Translations under genes and position numbers: made by a program | Notes under the pieces: model-generated | Database searches by the model: none | What the model was told of the DNA's origin: nothing | The model's input: the letters and a program-made list of their open reading frames with translations, nothing else | DNA from: Coniocarpon cinnabarinum | Taxonomy: Eukaryota | Assembly (NCBI GenBank): GCA_051942205.1 | Contig: JAVECO010000011.1 | Coordinates: 62,001-126,000, forward strand | Reading direction: 5' to 3' | Length of the DNA: 64,000 bases | Shown: positions 34,768 through 47,477 of the stretch, one piece after another | How the letters are laid out: each line of letters opens with the position of its first letter | Position numbering within the stretch: position 1 is the first letter of the stretch

Positions 34768-36975
34768 GACGGGTGCAGACGCGTCTCAAGTGAGTCGAGC
34801 GGGAGGGTACAAGTGAAGAGTCGGGCAGTCTCCCTGATGTTGACGCTCAGGGAGGACGCGGCCCCTTCCTACAGGGCGCGGTCAAGCGGAGAGCATTTCG
34901 TCTACCAGAGCAGCGTGACAGGGAAGTCAAGATGAGCGTTGGCATTAATGAAAATTAATTTGGTTAAGCTCAAGGGGCAGCCGCGCTAGCATGCTCGGGG
35001 AATCGGGTGTTGCTGCCAGCGAACTCGCCACGTCGCGTTCCTTGCGCGTGAGCAGCTGCCCAAGTGTTTGACATGCTGCGCACTTGCAAACAGATAATCC
35101 AGCATGTGCAACTCGCATGTGACATCTGTCAAGTCTCCTGGAAACAAGATTCGATGCTGCGACTCACCAGGTCTAGAATCTCTACAACTCGCGGCAAAAC
35201 AAAGTAATAGCTGAGCTGAAGCATCTCGTCTAGCAATGACTTCTTACGATCTACTTGCTCTATAAGTACAACAATCTTTCCTTCTTACACAACTTGCTCA
35301 TATTCTCTCCGCTCGGCTTCAGCCAAATCCTAAAATTCAGGCGCATGTTGTCGTAGGTGTGGCTATCCTAGAGAATCTTTCCTATCTTTACATTCCCCAA
35401 TTCGCGCCACATCATCACCAGAACTGCCTATCGCCCGTGACATAGACTTGTATAGGTTCCTATTGCCAGGTCATCTAGGACGTCTCATGATTTCTCCCGT
35501 TCAACTCGGATCTAATATTCGACCCGGGCGAACATTTTTGACATGGTGCCTTTTTTATCGTCACACAGCATGCAGCGAGCCGAGTATGAGAGCACTGGCC
35601 GTACGTTAATTTAGCACTTTATGAGGCACAGGGACTTTCGCCATCGTGTCCATAGCTTTTTGACCTGAAGTTTCGTCATCGCACAAGCTCGCCGCGTAGA
35701 CTGATACCTAGCAGCGACTTCTGTCCGTGACCCTTGAAGTGATAGAACCTACGTTCGTCTGAAAGCTTCTCATTTTTCGTGACTCGCGTGAGAGCTGTAA
35801 AAATGACGTCACAGGTACCATTGAGAAATGGAATGGCTTATAATACATACAATCAACTCAAGCAAGAAGACAAACTCGGTTGTCCCTCTATACCACAAGA
35901 CAGACTAGCTCAATCTATGCGACTGTCCTTCGTAAGAATGTCTCGACGAGTAATACACTTCATCCTTTTTCACTTCCAAACCCAGTCTAACAGAGACAGA
36001 TTACTTATCAAGTAACTGGCACAGTCCAAGGTCAGCAAACCAATTTCCCATATCATTCAATTAACTACTGACGTGCCAATCTCAAGGTGTCAACTACCGG
36101 TATGACTCACCTCTTTTGAGCCTTTAAAAAAAGGCAGAGAACGGATTCAGAGTTAACACGACAATCACAGCTCCTTCGCCGTCGACACCGGCAAGAAAAA
36201 CGAAGTCACCGGCTTCGTCCAAAACAACGACGAGTAAATCCCGCCCTCATCTCTCTTCTCTGCTCCATATCGCCATCCTGACTGAACGACAGCGGCACCG
36301 TCTCCGGTGAAGCGCAAGGAAGCGCCGACAACATAACAGTACGTTCGACGTATCCCACGTCTCGTCCCATCTCACACATGATCCCATCGGCCCAACGGTC
36401 CACCAATATCGAAAGGGGACAAAGACTAACGTTCCAAGTCCTTCCTCAAACAACTCGAAACAGCGCCGCAGCCTGCAGCCGTCAAAGAAGCCAAGGAAAC
36501 AGGGGAGTTGGACGTCAACGAGGAGGAGCTAAATTTCGGTGTGCATTGATCATCTGGCGTTGATGATTGGTGCTGATGATCGTAGAAAAGGTGAAGAGAG
36601 GGCAATCGCGGCATTGAGGGTAGTCTCATGTCGACCGTGCGTGGATCAAACAACGAGACGAGAGCGGAAGGCAACGCACGAGATGTAGCACTTGCCGAAG
36701 AGTACAGACACAGTCGAGCAGATGGGAAACAGATCCTAGATAGAAATGCTTTCATTGGCTTTCTGAATTATGGATGATGAAGTGAATGGCTGGGCGATTG
36801 AGCCTGGCCTGGTATGATGATATACACGAACAAATCTGCACAGATCCCGTCTTGTTACAAACGCCAATGATGCTGACCGCGTGATCCCATCTCTGATACT
36901 ATACCGTGCTATGCCCCTCCCTCGCCATGCAATTAGACTCAAAACATCTGCCCATATCCGCATCAAGCTTGCTCA

Positions 36976-37854
36976 TCATCGATGTCGTCGTGAGCTCCTC
37001 CGTCGATCATCATCAACTTCTCTCTGCGGGAAATTCCCACCCCCATACGCATTCGGGTCCACAGTCCGGTATCCACTCTTCTTCCGTCGCGGCGGCTCCG
37101 GCGTGATATCGCTCTGTTCCTCAATGACCTCCACCACGTCATCACCACTCACGCGCCTCTCCTCTTCAACTTCAACATCATGCCTCTCCGTCTCGACTTC
37201 TCTCTCCTCTTCGACCGGCGCCGGCGGAGGCGGGGGCCTTGATCTTTCCGTTCGTCTCCTCTCTTCCACTAAGATTCGTTCACGTCGTCGTGGCGGAGGC
37301 GGCGCCACGCTGCTTCGTTCGGACATCTCTCTTGTGCGTCTTGAGCGTCTTGACCGATCGGAGCGCCGATGGACACGGATGTCTTCGGAGACTTCGGAAC
37401 CCTGGACGACGTTCGTGCCGCGGCTCATGGTGAGCGTGCTGATGAGCCAGACCAGAAGAATGAAGCCCGCGACGGCCCCAAGGACGGCACCGACGACGAC
37501 GCCCGGTTTGGCGCCGGAGGTGTTGTAGGAAAGTGGTATGACATTGGTTTCGAGGGCACGTCTGGATAATTGATGTACTCTAGGTGATGAAGAGGATTCG
37601 GAAATGTGACGGGCTTGTAGTGAGGGGCCTAAGAGGTGGATGCTCGCTGCTGATGCGTCGTCGAAGGAGGCGAGTGGTTCCAGAGGAAGAAGTGCTGGCG
37701 CGATGGTGTCGATAGAGCGGGCTTTGAGGAGGGCGTGTGCCATGTCGGCGTGGGTAGTGGTATGTAATGAAGAGACACCGCGGCGTTCTTGAAGATGCTG
37801 CGGTGGCTGGTCGGTATTTTCGGCTGTTGGGCTGAGGTATGGCACTGGCGGCAT
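36976..37854 (-). CDS. Single-pass membrane protein with an Arg/Glu-rich cytosolic tail
   Basis: TM GVVVGAVLGAVAGFILLVWLI; tail includes SGYRTVDP; start codon uncertain. Confidence 0.7.
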   Translation of the reverse strand: MPPVPYLSPTAENTDQPPQHLQERRGVSSLHTTTHADMAHALLKARSIDTIAPALLPLEPLASFDDASAASIHLLGPSLQARHISESSSSPRVHQLSRRALETNVIPLSYNTSGAKPGVVVGAVLGAVAGFILLVWLISTLTMSRGTNVVQGSEVSEDIRVHRRSDRSRRSRRTREMSERSSVAPPPPRRRERILVEERRRTERSRPPPPPAPVEEEREVETERHDVEVEEERRVSGDDVVEVIEEQSDITPEPPRRKKSGYRTVDPNAYGGGNFPQREVDDDRRRSSRRHR

Positions 37855-39073
37855 GGTCCTTCGGTGGAGGACAAAACGAAGCCGTGGACGCCTTGGCCGG
37901 CGAGAGCTTTTTGCAGGAAGATGTCGGATGTCGCAGATGGATCAAGAAAGCTCTTATCAATCGTGGTTCTGCGTCCAGCAATCGCGCAGAGCTAAGAGTA
38001 GATGACGCGGAAGAGGTACAAAGGCGGACGTGAGTGGGGCAGTCGACAGCAACCAGTCGTCAAGGTAACATGCGCTGTGCAGGAGAAGATCAGCAAGAGA
38101 GCACAGCAATGAAGTGAAGGCGACGAAGCGAGGGAAGTGGATGTGTGAGAGGAGTCACAACAGCAATAGCGACAGCAAATGTAAGTCAGAAAGAGAATGG
38201 GTAGAGCAGCCTAACATTGATGGAGAGAAAGTTGGGCGTGGCGGGGAGGAGGAAAGGGCCGTGGCGGGGAGATTGGCGCACGGACTTCCGCCCACCGCGC
38301 CCCGAATCTCCATCAGCACCACTGGGACGACGACACCCCTGCTCACCGCAACGCAATTTGTTAATCCTGGAAAAGCGTTTGGCCAACTTTTGGAGTAGGA
38401 AGTGCGCCACGTGGATCGTGGCTCTGGCCGACTGGTACATGTCGCTGGCAGGCATGCGCTGGGTGCTTGGCATCTTGGGTGACATGAACGGCGCGGAGAA
38501 AAGATGATTTGCAGTGCTTTCAAGATCCGGCAGCAACGCAAGAATGCGCGCCGATTGCTCTAACTTTGGTCTTGAATGTCCTCTCTCTCACACTATGGAT
38601 TCTATCAATATCCGCATGACATCAACTGTCGGGGTCACATGTCGACGACAAGAATCAAGGAAACGAATATGGGCTGTTCGCGTTGCACTGGGTCACTAGT
38701 CTCTGAAATGCAGATTCCAAATGGCAGCCTTTTCCAGTATTGAATCAGACTCTCAAGCATGCTCAGATCCTTTGCCGCATCTGCCTCTTTGCGAACTGAC
38801 GCAGGACTTGTCGGAGCTCAGTCGTTGAATTCAGGAATGTGTGCGACGGCTCAACTCTTCTTATTGTCGAGCCAGGTGTTCCGTCACTTCTACGATGGCG
38901 AGAGCAGGCGCGGTAATTGTTTACTTGGATAAATAGTGATTTCAATCACACCGTCAGGTGCTTCATGTTCATTGTATGCTCATCTGAAGTCCGCTTCGGA
39001 CGCCATGTCCAAAGCAACGTCTCTTCGCATGCGCACACTGATCTCTTCCCCCTTCCATCGCTTCCAAGCAGAT

Positions 39074-39684
39074 CTAGAATCTCAGCGGTGTAAAGAACCA
39101 CCGGTTCTTCCCACTCGTATACCGCTCCTCCAACACCTTCTTCACGTTCTTCTTCGCGTCCTCCCGCGCCGACACCTCCTTGAACGTATCGTTGCTGACC
39201 ACGCCCTTCAACCCCTCCAACTCCAGCGTGTATCGCGTCGGCATGATATGGTTGTAGTTGACGACCTTGATGAACGGCTTCACCTTCGAGCGCTTATTGA
39301 TGCGCGTTTTCGACATGCGGCGCGTGACGGATTGGGGGTATCGCTCTATGCCGGCGACGAGAGCGTGCGGGAAGGGATGCGTCTTGGAGCCGTTGTCGTA
39401 GGGTTGAATGATGACAACCTGTTGGAGAAGTGACTGTTAGTCTTTTGCATTCACCGGCTTACTCGCCATGCTCGATGCGTGTCCTCGTATGTGCAAGTCG
39501 ACTCGAGGCGCTCTTCTCTGTGCGCAATGCTCCATGCTGGATGCAGTGGTTGCTCGTACCTTCTTGCCTGCGTATCGTCCTCTCGTGATGATGGCCACGC
39601 GGCCAACTTTGAGGACTGCGCGTTCGTTTGTGTCAGCAACAATGCAATATATGCTCAGAAGTGATCAGAGGACTCACACTTCAT
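39074..39684 (-). CDS. RPL27: 60S ribosomal protein L27 (eL27)
   Basis: Three exons give [29 protein letters not shown]...[17 protein letters not shown]...[12 protein letters not shown]. Confidence 0.97.
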
Positions 39685-40285
39685 TGCGATGCTGCCCTCT
39701 CGCTCGCAAGTTGTGCTCGAATGGACTGCAATTGATACCACCGTGGTTAGTGAATTTCACCAATCTGGTGTGGAAACGGATTAGAGTTTTCCCGTTTTGC
39801 TAGGGTTAATCGCCTTTCCCCCCCTGCGGAGTCTCTCATGCAACGAAGATCATTTATGAGAAGCAAGGATAGGCAGGAGTCCTGATAGACATATTCACGT
39901 TGTTGCACCTAGTTGCCCAGGTGCTTCACCGTGGTGAGTAACGTGAGGATTAATTCTCGCGTAACTCGGGAATGCCTTACGCTCTTCGAGAGCAGCCGAG
40001 AAACGTTTTAGAGGCCAGCACGAGGAATAAACACAAAGTAGCACAGAGAACAAGCGTAATTTGTCTCATTCAATACAGATACAGTTTTTTCATTAACTCC
40101 CATTCTGATTGGGCATTCTTCCAATATGAACAATAGTCTTCAAGCCTTGTCACCGACATCTGGTATCTCGACCCTTCTTTCTGTAAGATGTGGTCATAGT
40201 CCAGGCAGCGACAGAAAAGAACAAAAGATCGTGTGTTGTCCCCAGACGCCGACCAATGCAGTCATGAGCTACCCGATCTATACAC

Positions 40286-42244
40286 TCACGTAGTCGGCTC
40301 ACACTGAGTAAACCAGTCCCCGCTCATGCCATTCTGCACCCCACCAGCCTTGCCGTTTGTCACGCTCTGGTGAGTGGTGTAGTTGCCAAACTTGGGAAAC
40401 TCGGTGAGGCTCTTCGCGGGCGTCACCGGTGCTGAGTGGACACCGACCGTCAGTCCTGGCACATCCTCTGGCGCAATGACACCATTAGGTCCTGATACCC
40501 GCCAGTTCAGTTGCTTCGTCAGTAGTGGCATCGTCTGGTTGGGCGAGATGCCTGGGATGATGCCGTTGGCTTGCTGCTTAAGGAGCGCGGCGGTCAATGG
40601 TACAGACGATTGGGTCAGAGTGTTCTCATTCATGCCCGGACTGGCGAAAGTACCGACCCATCCCACGCAGCTCGCATCTGTGTGCCATGTGGAAGGATCT
40701 TCAGACGCAGGTTCACCGAGGAAAAGAAAAACTCTGGCAGAGCCACCAAGACTGTATGGCTGGATCGTGACCTTCGCGAGGTAGTCGAATGGACCGCGGC
40801 CAGTGGGTGTGAGCTGGCGCGCGAGATCAGAGGGCAAATCGTGAACAGCGTTAGTTAGCGATTTGAGGCCGTCCGATAGTGATTGAGGACTTCGCTTGGC
40901 GTTGGCTTCGGTTGGTTCGTAGGGGCTGTCACGCTTGGACGGAGAGGTGCTACCTCCACCATATAGCGCATTGACCTTGGCGGTGATTCCATCGGAGGAT
41001 GTATCACCAGAGATGAATTCTGGATATGTGTACAGGAAGGTGCTGGTGTTGCGCACGGAGTTGGAGGTGTGTGGAGCGCCATTGGGGTTGGAGGAGAAAG
41101 GTGCCAGGGCGGTGTCTGGGCCACACCGTGTACCTTGAGAATAGTAATAAGTTGGTGCACCCATTGTCCCGTCGATAGTGTACTGCTCAGGGTAAATGCC
41201 CTGCCAAAGAGCGTAGAGGCGGTCCACGTTCATGTGGTGAAGCCAGAAAGCAGGGTCGAATGACGCGAGGGGAATGATGGCCATGTGGCCTTGATGACCG
41301 GACTGAGCACCACCAACATCGTTGTGAATGTTGTTGTGAATATCCTCCAAAGAATCAACACACTGAGGTGGGCGCTGACTGGCATCTGCATTGCTGAATC
41401 CTTCATAGAGATTGCATTGAGTCATCAGGTTGTAGACACGGCCTTGCAAACCAGGCTGGTCGTTTTGCATGACTGTGACTGCTTGAGGGTTGTCGTCTCC
41501 CGATTGAGGAGTCTCGTCCTTGGGGTATCGGAGTGTGACCTGCCAATTGTCCCAAGGGTCCCAAACCAAGCCTGCGTGGTCCAATGGGTGGAAGTCGTAA
41601 CGGAACAGAGGGTTGAGGTCAGTGAACGGTCCGTTGGGTCCATTCATATTCGCGTTCAGGTCGGTCATTGACGGAGGCAATACCGTCGAACCGTCAGCCG
41701 GAGAGGCTGCCCAGTCCCAATACGGAAAGCGGAGAGTAGACGCGGCAGCCGAGTATCGCTGCTGATCGTCTCCTGAAAATTGGTTGACAATGGTCTGGAC
41801 ATGATCCACAAAGGCTTGCTCGAACAGCGCCATGTAGGCACGGTGCCATGCTGGGAAGAGAGGCGAGACGTGAGTACAGTAGCCAGTACCGCCACCATTT
41901 CCAGTAACGCCATTCCACGGGACGTTGGGCACGCCGTGAATACCAGATATGGAGTAGTAGGAGTCATCTGGATTTTGGTTCATGCCTTTAAAGTCTCGCA
42001 TGGCCAGCAGGAACAGGTTCCAGGCATCGGCGTTTTGTTGCAGCTGACGGATCTCCAGGCGCGGCTGGACATCCTGTGAGTTGGTAGCACCAGTTATAGC
42101 CAAGAATGATCCGCCCTGGCGCTTTTCGATGCCCGCGTTCTCAGTAAGGTCAGAATAAAAGAACGGATTTGCTTCGCTTGCAGCTAGGCCGGCAGTAGCG
42201 AGAGCAGCCGCGCCAAGCTGAAGAAGAGTAGGTGTTATGCCCAT
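40286..42244 (-). CDS. Secreted tyrosinase (type-3 copper) with a C-terminal shielding domain
   Basis: Signal peptide and KR site; CuA (GIHG, CTH...FPAWHR); PYWDW; CuB (HNNIH, FDPAFWLHHMNVDRL). Confidence 0.93.
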   Translation of the reverse strand: MGITPTLLQLGAAALATAGLAASEANPFFYSDLTENAGIEKRQGGSFLAITGATNSQDVQPRLEIRQLQQNADAWNLFLLAMRDFKGMNQNPDDSYYSISGIHGVPNVPWNGVTGNGGGTGYCTHVSPLFPAWHRAYMALFEQAFVDHVQTIVNQFSGDDQQRYSAAASTLRFPYWDWAASPADGSTVLPPSMTDLNANMNGPNGPFTDLNPLFRYDFHPLDHAGLVWDPWDNWQVTLRYPKDETPQSGDDNPQAVTVMQNDQPGLQGRVYNLMTQCNLYEGFSNADASQRPPQCVDSLEDIHNNIHNDVGGAQSGHQGHMAIIPLASFDPAFWLHHMNVDRLYALWQGIYPEQYTIDGTMGAPTYYYSQGTRCGPDTALAPFSSNPNGAPHTSNSVRNTSTFLYTYPEFISGDTSSDGITAKVNALYGGGSTSPSKRDSPYEPTEANAKRSPQSLSDGLKSLTNAVHDLPSDLARQLTPTGRGPFDYLAKVTIQPYSLGGSARVFLFLGEPASEDPSTWHTDASCVGWVGTFASPGMNENTLTQSSVPLTAALLKQQANGIIPGISPNQTMPLLTKQLNWRVSGPNGVIAPEDVPGLTVGVHSAPVTPAKSLTEFPKFGNYTTHQSVTNGKAGGVQNGMSGDWFTQCEPTT

Positions 42245-43956
42245 GGTTGCTGGTCTGAGGCGCTCGATCAAAAATGAGCGATCTGTCTATCCGAAAAATG
42301 ATCAAAGGCCGGCAACGAGGAATCTACGATTGATAAAGATTGGAAGTACGTTTCAAGAACCTGGAGGGCACATGTGCTGATACCGATGAAGACCCGCTTG
42401 AAGCAGTAGACGCAAGGTTTCCCGGGATCTAGTGTGGCGATGGGCGTGAGGGGGACAGGGCGTGTTGCCTGAGCAATCGTTGTCCTATGGATGAGGGACT
42501 GGTCGGGAGGGTAAACTGCAGTGCTTCCAGTCAATGGGGCGCCCACAGCAATTAAAATTAACGATGTCAAAACCGGTGTGGTGCGCGACAAAAAGAAACA
42601 CAAAAACGATCAGAGAGTGTGGTGACGCCCAGGAAGCGGACGACTGCGAGGCACAAGGAGAGGAGAATGACAGGACGAGGGAGTGGGAGTGAGATGTGGT
42701 AAGGGGAAAAGAGTTGGGAGCATGTGCTAGAGGAGGGAGATCTGAAACGCCGGGGTTTAGCGGCGGACCAGGGCCAAGGGAAAATCCACGAACCGGTGTG
42801 CGGAGCTCGGAGTCAGGAACAGACGACCGAGGGGAGGCGTCGCACCAGATCTGGCGAGCGATGATGGCGAGCGTTGGCCGATTAAGACTCGCGTCGCTGA
42901 AAAGCGCAATAATGGTCCCTGGTGGTGGAGCAAGAGGCTCAGCAGGGGTGGGTGGAAGGAGACGATCTCAATGGCCGCTTGACGGTCCCCGGGTGACACT
43001 TAGTGTTGTTTAATTACACTCGACACGCTCAGTGATCCGTCACCCTTCAACATTGCAGGGTCCCACGCAGGACGGCATGGTGGTGTCGACCATCATATTT
43101 GTACTCTGCCAGCTCAGCTGGTCCTCGCGAGCGATTTTCCTGCACAGAGAGAGAGACAATGATGGCTGCGAGGGCTGCCAAGGCAGCTTCGCTATACTGA
43201 TTGCATCAGAGGCAATACATGCGAAGCGACGGGATGGGAAAATTTGCAGGCCAATGGTCTCACGGGGGGAGCGAAAGCAGACTAGCGCCCCGCACAATCG
43301 CTGGGCCGGCGTGCGACAAGCTTGTCTCCTTCCGGCCACCAGGCTGCATATCCTCATTTCCATCTGTCGTCACCGCCCTCCCCCTGCAGCCTCCGTCCTC
43401 AGCCTTGTCAATGCGCAGGCGAATGCAAGACCCGACCCGTCAGTGTCTTGTGTGGCAGTATCGATATCGATGTCGATAGTCAGCAGCAATGGCAACCCAC
43501 TGGCGAGCTCACGCCAGACAGAAGATATTGATATGGGAATGTCGTTCTTGTGCGACTCGTGAATTTCTCTCCTCGTGAGAAATTTCAGCTACTCCTGCTA
43601 TGAAGCTCACCTGCAGCTCCTTCCGTCAAAATGCACGCGAAAACGGCGCCTTCGCTTACACAGGTACCTGACTGACCTTGGACAGCTTTCTCCGCATTGG
43701 CTAAGGTTCTCCTCATGTTGCCACTTGGCGATTTATTTTTATCTTGTTCGTGGCAACCTCCCCACTCAGCTTACTCTTGATCGTGGGCTTTTGGTAGAGA
43801 GCTCCTGCTTTGCGTAACGGCTGTCATTGAATGTTGGTCGAGTCGAAGGCAAAGCTTCGCTATCCACACAGTCCATGGATGTGGGTTATTCCCAGGATTT
43901 CACTGGTGAGGATGAAATGTATCCCGCGCCGCTTCGGTGTATGAGCTGTTTCTCCC

Positions 43957-45545
43957 TCACGTATACTCGCCGTTCTCGTTCAGAAAGTTCATGCCTTGGT
44001 CTGCGTCGTAGTTTGCCAGATCCCCAGAATAGAAGTCCAGTGCTTCCCCTGCACTGTCCATAGTCGTGAACTCGTTGAGCTCATCCTGCTGCTGATTTGC
44101 AGACCCGTTGTCTCTTTGTTGCATAGCGGCCGCCTCCACTTTATCCAGCAGACCGCCTTTCTGAACGGTGGTGAAGTGGTCGTTCAAAGTAATGACTTGA
44201 TGGCCAGTGTCTCGATCGACTTCTGCCAAGATTGCATCTACGTCAGCCTCGCTGTGCTTGAGCTTCTCTTCCAACTCCAAGAACTTCCGCGCAGTCCGAA
44301 GGTCCATTGCGTTGGCCTCAAAGTTAGACTTGGCGTTTGCAAGCTCGTCCTGGTTTTTCTTCGACCACTCGGAGCAGCGCTTCTCAAACTCTTGAAGGTC
44401 TTCGTCCGTCACATCGAGTGTACCTTCTTCGGAACGTTTCGTAAACAGTCCCTCTGTCAGTGTCTCGAGCTCGGTTCCAGGACATTGTAAGATCACGTCA
44501 ATAGGCTGTATTCGATTCGTTGAAAACAGACCAGACACCACTTCATCCATCCAGTCGTGATGCTGCTGGAATCGCATGACGCTGATGTCTCGAGGCCGAA
44601 TCTGATCGAGCGAGTCTCCCAAGGCTGCACTTTCCTCGTCAATCATCTCAAGATCAATGTCTTCTTGCGCGCCGGGCATGGAACGGCGCGATCCACCATG
44701 GACGCCACGCTCCGGTCGTTGCCGACTAGACACTGGCGCCCCCATAGATCCTGCGCGCATGCCCGCAGCACCAGGCGGATAAACATGGGGATTTCCTCGC
44801 ATCCCACCTGGCATGTTGGGCATTCCAGGCATGGACGGACGCCCTCCGTAACCTGGGCCCATCGAAGGCGTTTTTTGACCAGGCATAGTAATCTTGGGCC
44901 AATTGGTCTTGTCCGAAAGCATAAACTCTTTTCGCTCCAAAGCGCCGGCGTTTTCAAGATACTGTCGTGATTTATGAACGCGCACTTGCTGAGGATTATT
45001 GGGTAAATTGTGTACTGGAATGTGCTTCTCCGCAGGGCCGCGCGTGTAGTGAACGATCTCCAGGTGCGAGTCTATTGAGTCTCCACCGCGACTTCCAACT
45101 AAGCGATAACGCACTCTCCTATGAGTGGCGACCTGTTCCACACTAGGAATGTAACCAGAGTCTGCAATAGATATTCCAACAAACTACACGCGCCCTAATG
45201 TCAGCCTGGTTCACGCGGCAATGTTCACCTCATAGCACCTACGTAGCCTTTGCAGTCTTTCTGAACCTGCTGCTCCGGCTCGGGCCAGATGTAGCCGTCT
45301 GTGGCAAAGGTGTTGTGAAGCTGGTTGTGGGCCTGCCAAGCGAGGAAGATGGTGCCGTTGGGCGGCGGGCGAATGTACTGCCAGGAGACGGCAGCGCGAT
45401 CTCGAAGGATCAAGGGCGCCGCGAGCAGATGCTCGGTGATGGTGTCGAGGGGCAGCGACTGCTGGTGGGCAGGGAAGCGGTGGCTGGAGATGAGATGGAC
45501 GTGCTCGAGCAGCGCAGGTGGAACATTGTAGCTTGGATCCTCCAT
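43957..45545 (-). CDS. SWI/SNF-RSC subunit Ssr4-like (DUF1750) protein
   Basis: HVHLISSHRFP...FATDGYIW...THRRVRYRL...IVHY; PRDISVMRFQQHHDWMDEV; one intron from 45242 to about 45184. Confidence 0.8.
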
Positions 45546-46045
45546 ACCTCAGGGCCGCAGGTAGATAGGTGCGGAAGGCACCCAAGGGAGGGAGCTTCCC
45601 ACACACACGCACACACGCACAGTCCCTCCACTCCTGCCCTCGAGCAGTCTGAAACGGCGGCAATTCCGCCCACGAAGGAGGGGCAGAGCTGTGGGTAGGT
45701 AGTGGGTAGGTAGCCTCCACTGTGTGCCTGTGGTGGGCCGGGCTCGTCGCCTAGGACAGCGACATGCGCATTCAACGTGGGAGCTTGGGTCTTCTGAGCG
45801 CCGCCGACAACGACAGCATCGGCGGGGTTGTTTTTCGAGCCTCGTTGCAGAAAACTCTCACACATCGTCCTGGCGCATCCTCGGCCACCAGGCTGTCTGC
45901 CGCTATACCAGCCTGCCGTTCTGGGCAATCAATTCTCTCGTGGACTGGATTTCTTAGCACAACGGCTTGTTTCCATTCACCGACACGCTCTCAATCAGGT
46001 AAAACGAATTTCCGTAGAGTTGTCTTACAAGTTCCGGTCGGTGCT

Positions 46046-46752
46046 ATGTCAGGCTCGCAACGACCACGAGCTTGGCCTGCAGACATTGTTTACCTCACCC
46101 AGCCTCAATATTCGAAACACCTTGGATCGCACCAGTTCGATGCCCTTCGGAAACAAAAGTATGTCTCCCAGGGGCGAAGATCATTACAAAGACATAAAAC
46201 CCCCGGGTAATCTGCATTTGCCAAAATCATACCTCATAATCTGTTCTGTCAGTGTTTCACTAATGTCATCCTGTAAGAACCGTGTCGCACGTCGCTGTAA
46301 AGCACAGAAGTCCTTGTCCAAAGGTTCGCATCAGCCCCATCAAAGATCCTGCACATCCAGCAAACGATCAGTACGGCCTATTCGCGGCTCAACATCTGGA
46401 GCCTGACTCGTTCATCTTGCCGTACTTTGGACACGTGCATGGGGAGAACGAAGTAAACGAAAGCTCGAACTACGACCTTTCATTGGATCGTGACTTAGGC
46501 TTGAGCGTTGACGCGGCACAACACGGTAATGAAGCGCGTTTCATCAATGACTACAGAGGAGTGCCAGGTATGAATGGACCCAATGCCGAGTTTCGTGACA
46601 TCTGGTTCGATTCTGGACGAGGCCCCATCGAGAAGTGCATTGCAGTATTCATCATGCCAGCAGGTAAGAGTGGCAAGAGGAACGCAGGAGTCAAAAAAGG
46701 ACAAGAACTCGTGGTCAGTTATGGTAAAGGCTTTTGGCAAGCCAGGTTTTAA
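46046..46752 (+). CDS. Small stand-alone SET-domain protein
   Basis: YGLFA, GNEARFINDYRG, ELVVSYGKGFW; intron 46159-46277 restores the frame. Confidence 0.85.
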
Positions 46753-46909
46753 TAATAATTTCTGTCTATGTACATCATCCCCTCAAAATCATTGCCAACG
46801 CCAACACCGACGCCGACGCCGATGCCGATGCTTATGCCATTGTGATGCCGTTTTGGATGCTGTTCGAATTGAAAGGAAACTCGTCACAAAAAGATTCGTG
46901 CCAAAAGTA

Positions 46910-47477
46910 TCATGACGAGGAGTTACGGGCGTCAGTGTCTGACGATACACTGCCGGCGCTGATTGAGTTGCGTGGTGTCGAGTCAACAGATGACTCGCTG
47001 CCTCGCCGCCGAGAGCGACGTTGCTCCTTGAGGTCTCGCTCAGAGTCCATGAGCCTCTCCTGTGTCCATCGTCGGAACGAGTCGTTGGAGTGCACAGATT
47101 CTTGATTGAGAAGGTTGGTGAGAGTGTTCTTGATGTCGAGCGTCACGTTGTAGAGGTCGCCGTTGGGGTCTGACGGCAATTGACGAGGCTCCTCAGATAC
47201 AAGTTGTGGGCGAGGCTGGGCAGGATGACTAGTGCGACGCTCCAGAATGGGACGAGTGCCCTCTTCTGCGGGAGTAGATGCTGGAGTGGGGAATGTGGCG
47301 GACTCGGAGAAACGTCGCATGCATGCTTGTTGCGAATGCAGCAAGAGATATTGTTGCAAAGAGTTACTCTAAGAAGTGTGAGTTGAGCGAAACTTGGCGA
47401 GAGCACGTTGCAAAGTCTTTGGGGTTGCTTACCATGTCGGCGTCAGTCAAGCTGGGCTTCTTCCCAAATCCAGGCAT
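46910..47477 (-). CDS. Small hypothetical protein
   Basis: Exons 47433-47477 and 46910-47368 join in frame across a GTAAGC...TAG intron; helical block IKNTLTNLLN...FRRWTQERLMDSERDL. Confidence 0.6.

Noticed and set aside
35100..35800. Possible snRNA (U-rich Sm-like and GCCTTTT-like strings)
   Set aside because: No proper match to the U5 loop or any other snRNA that I could verify.
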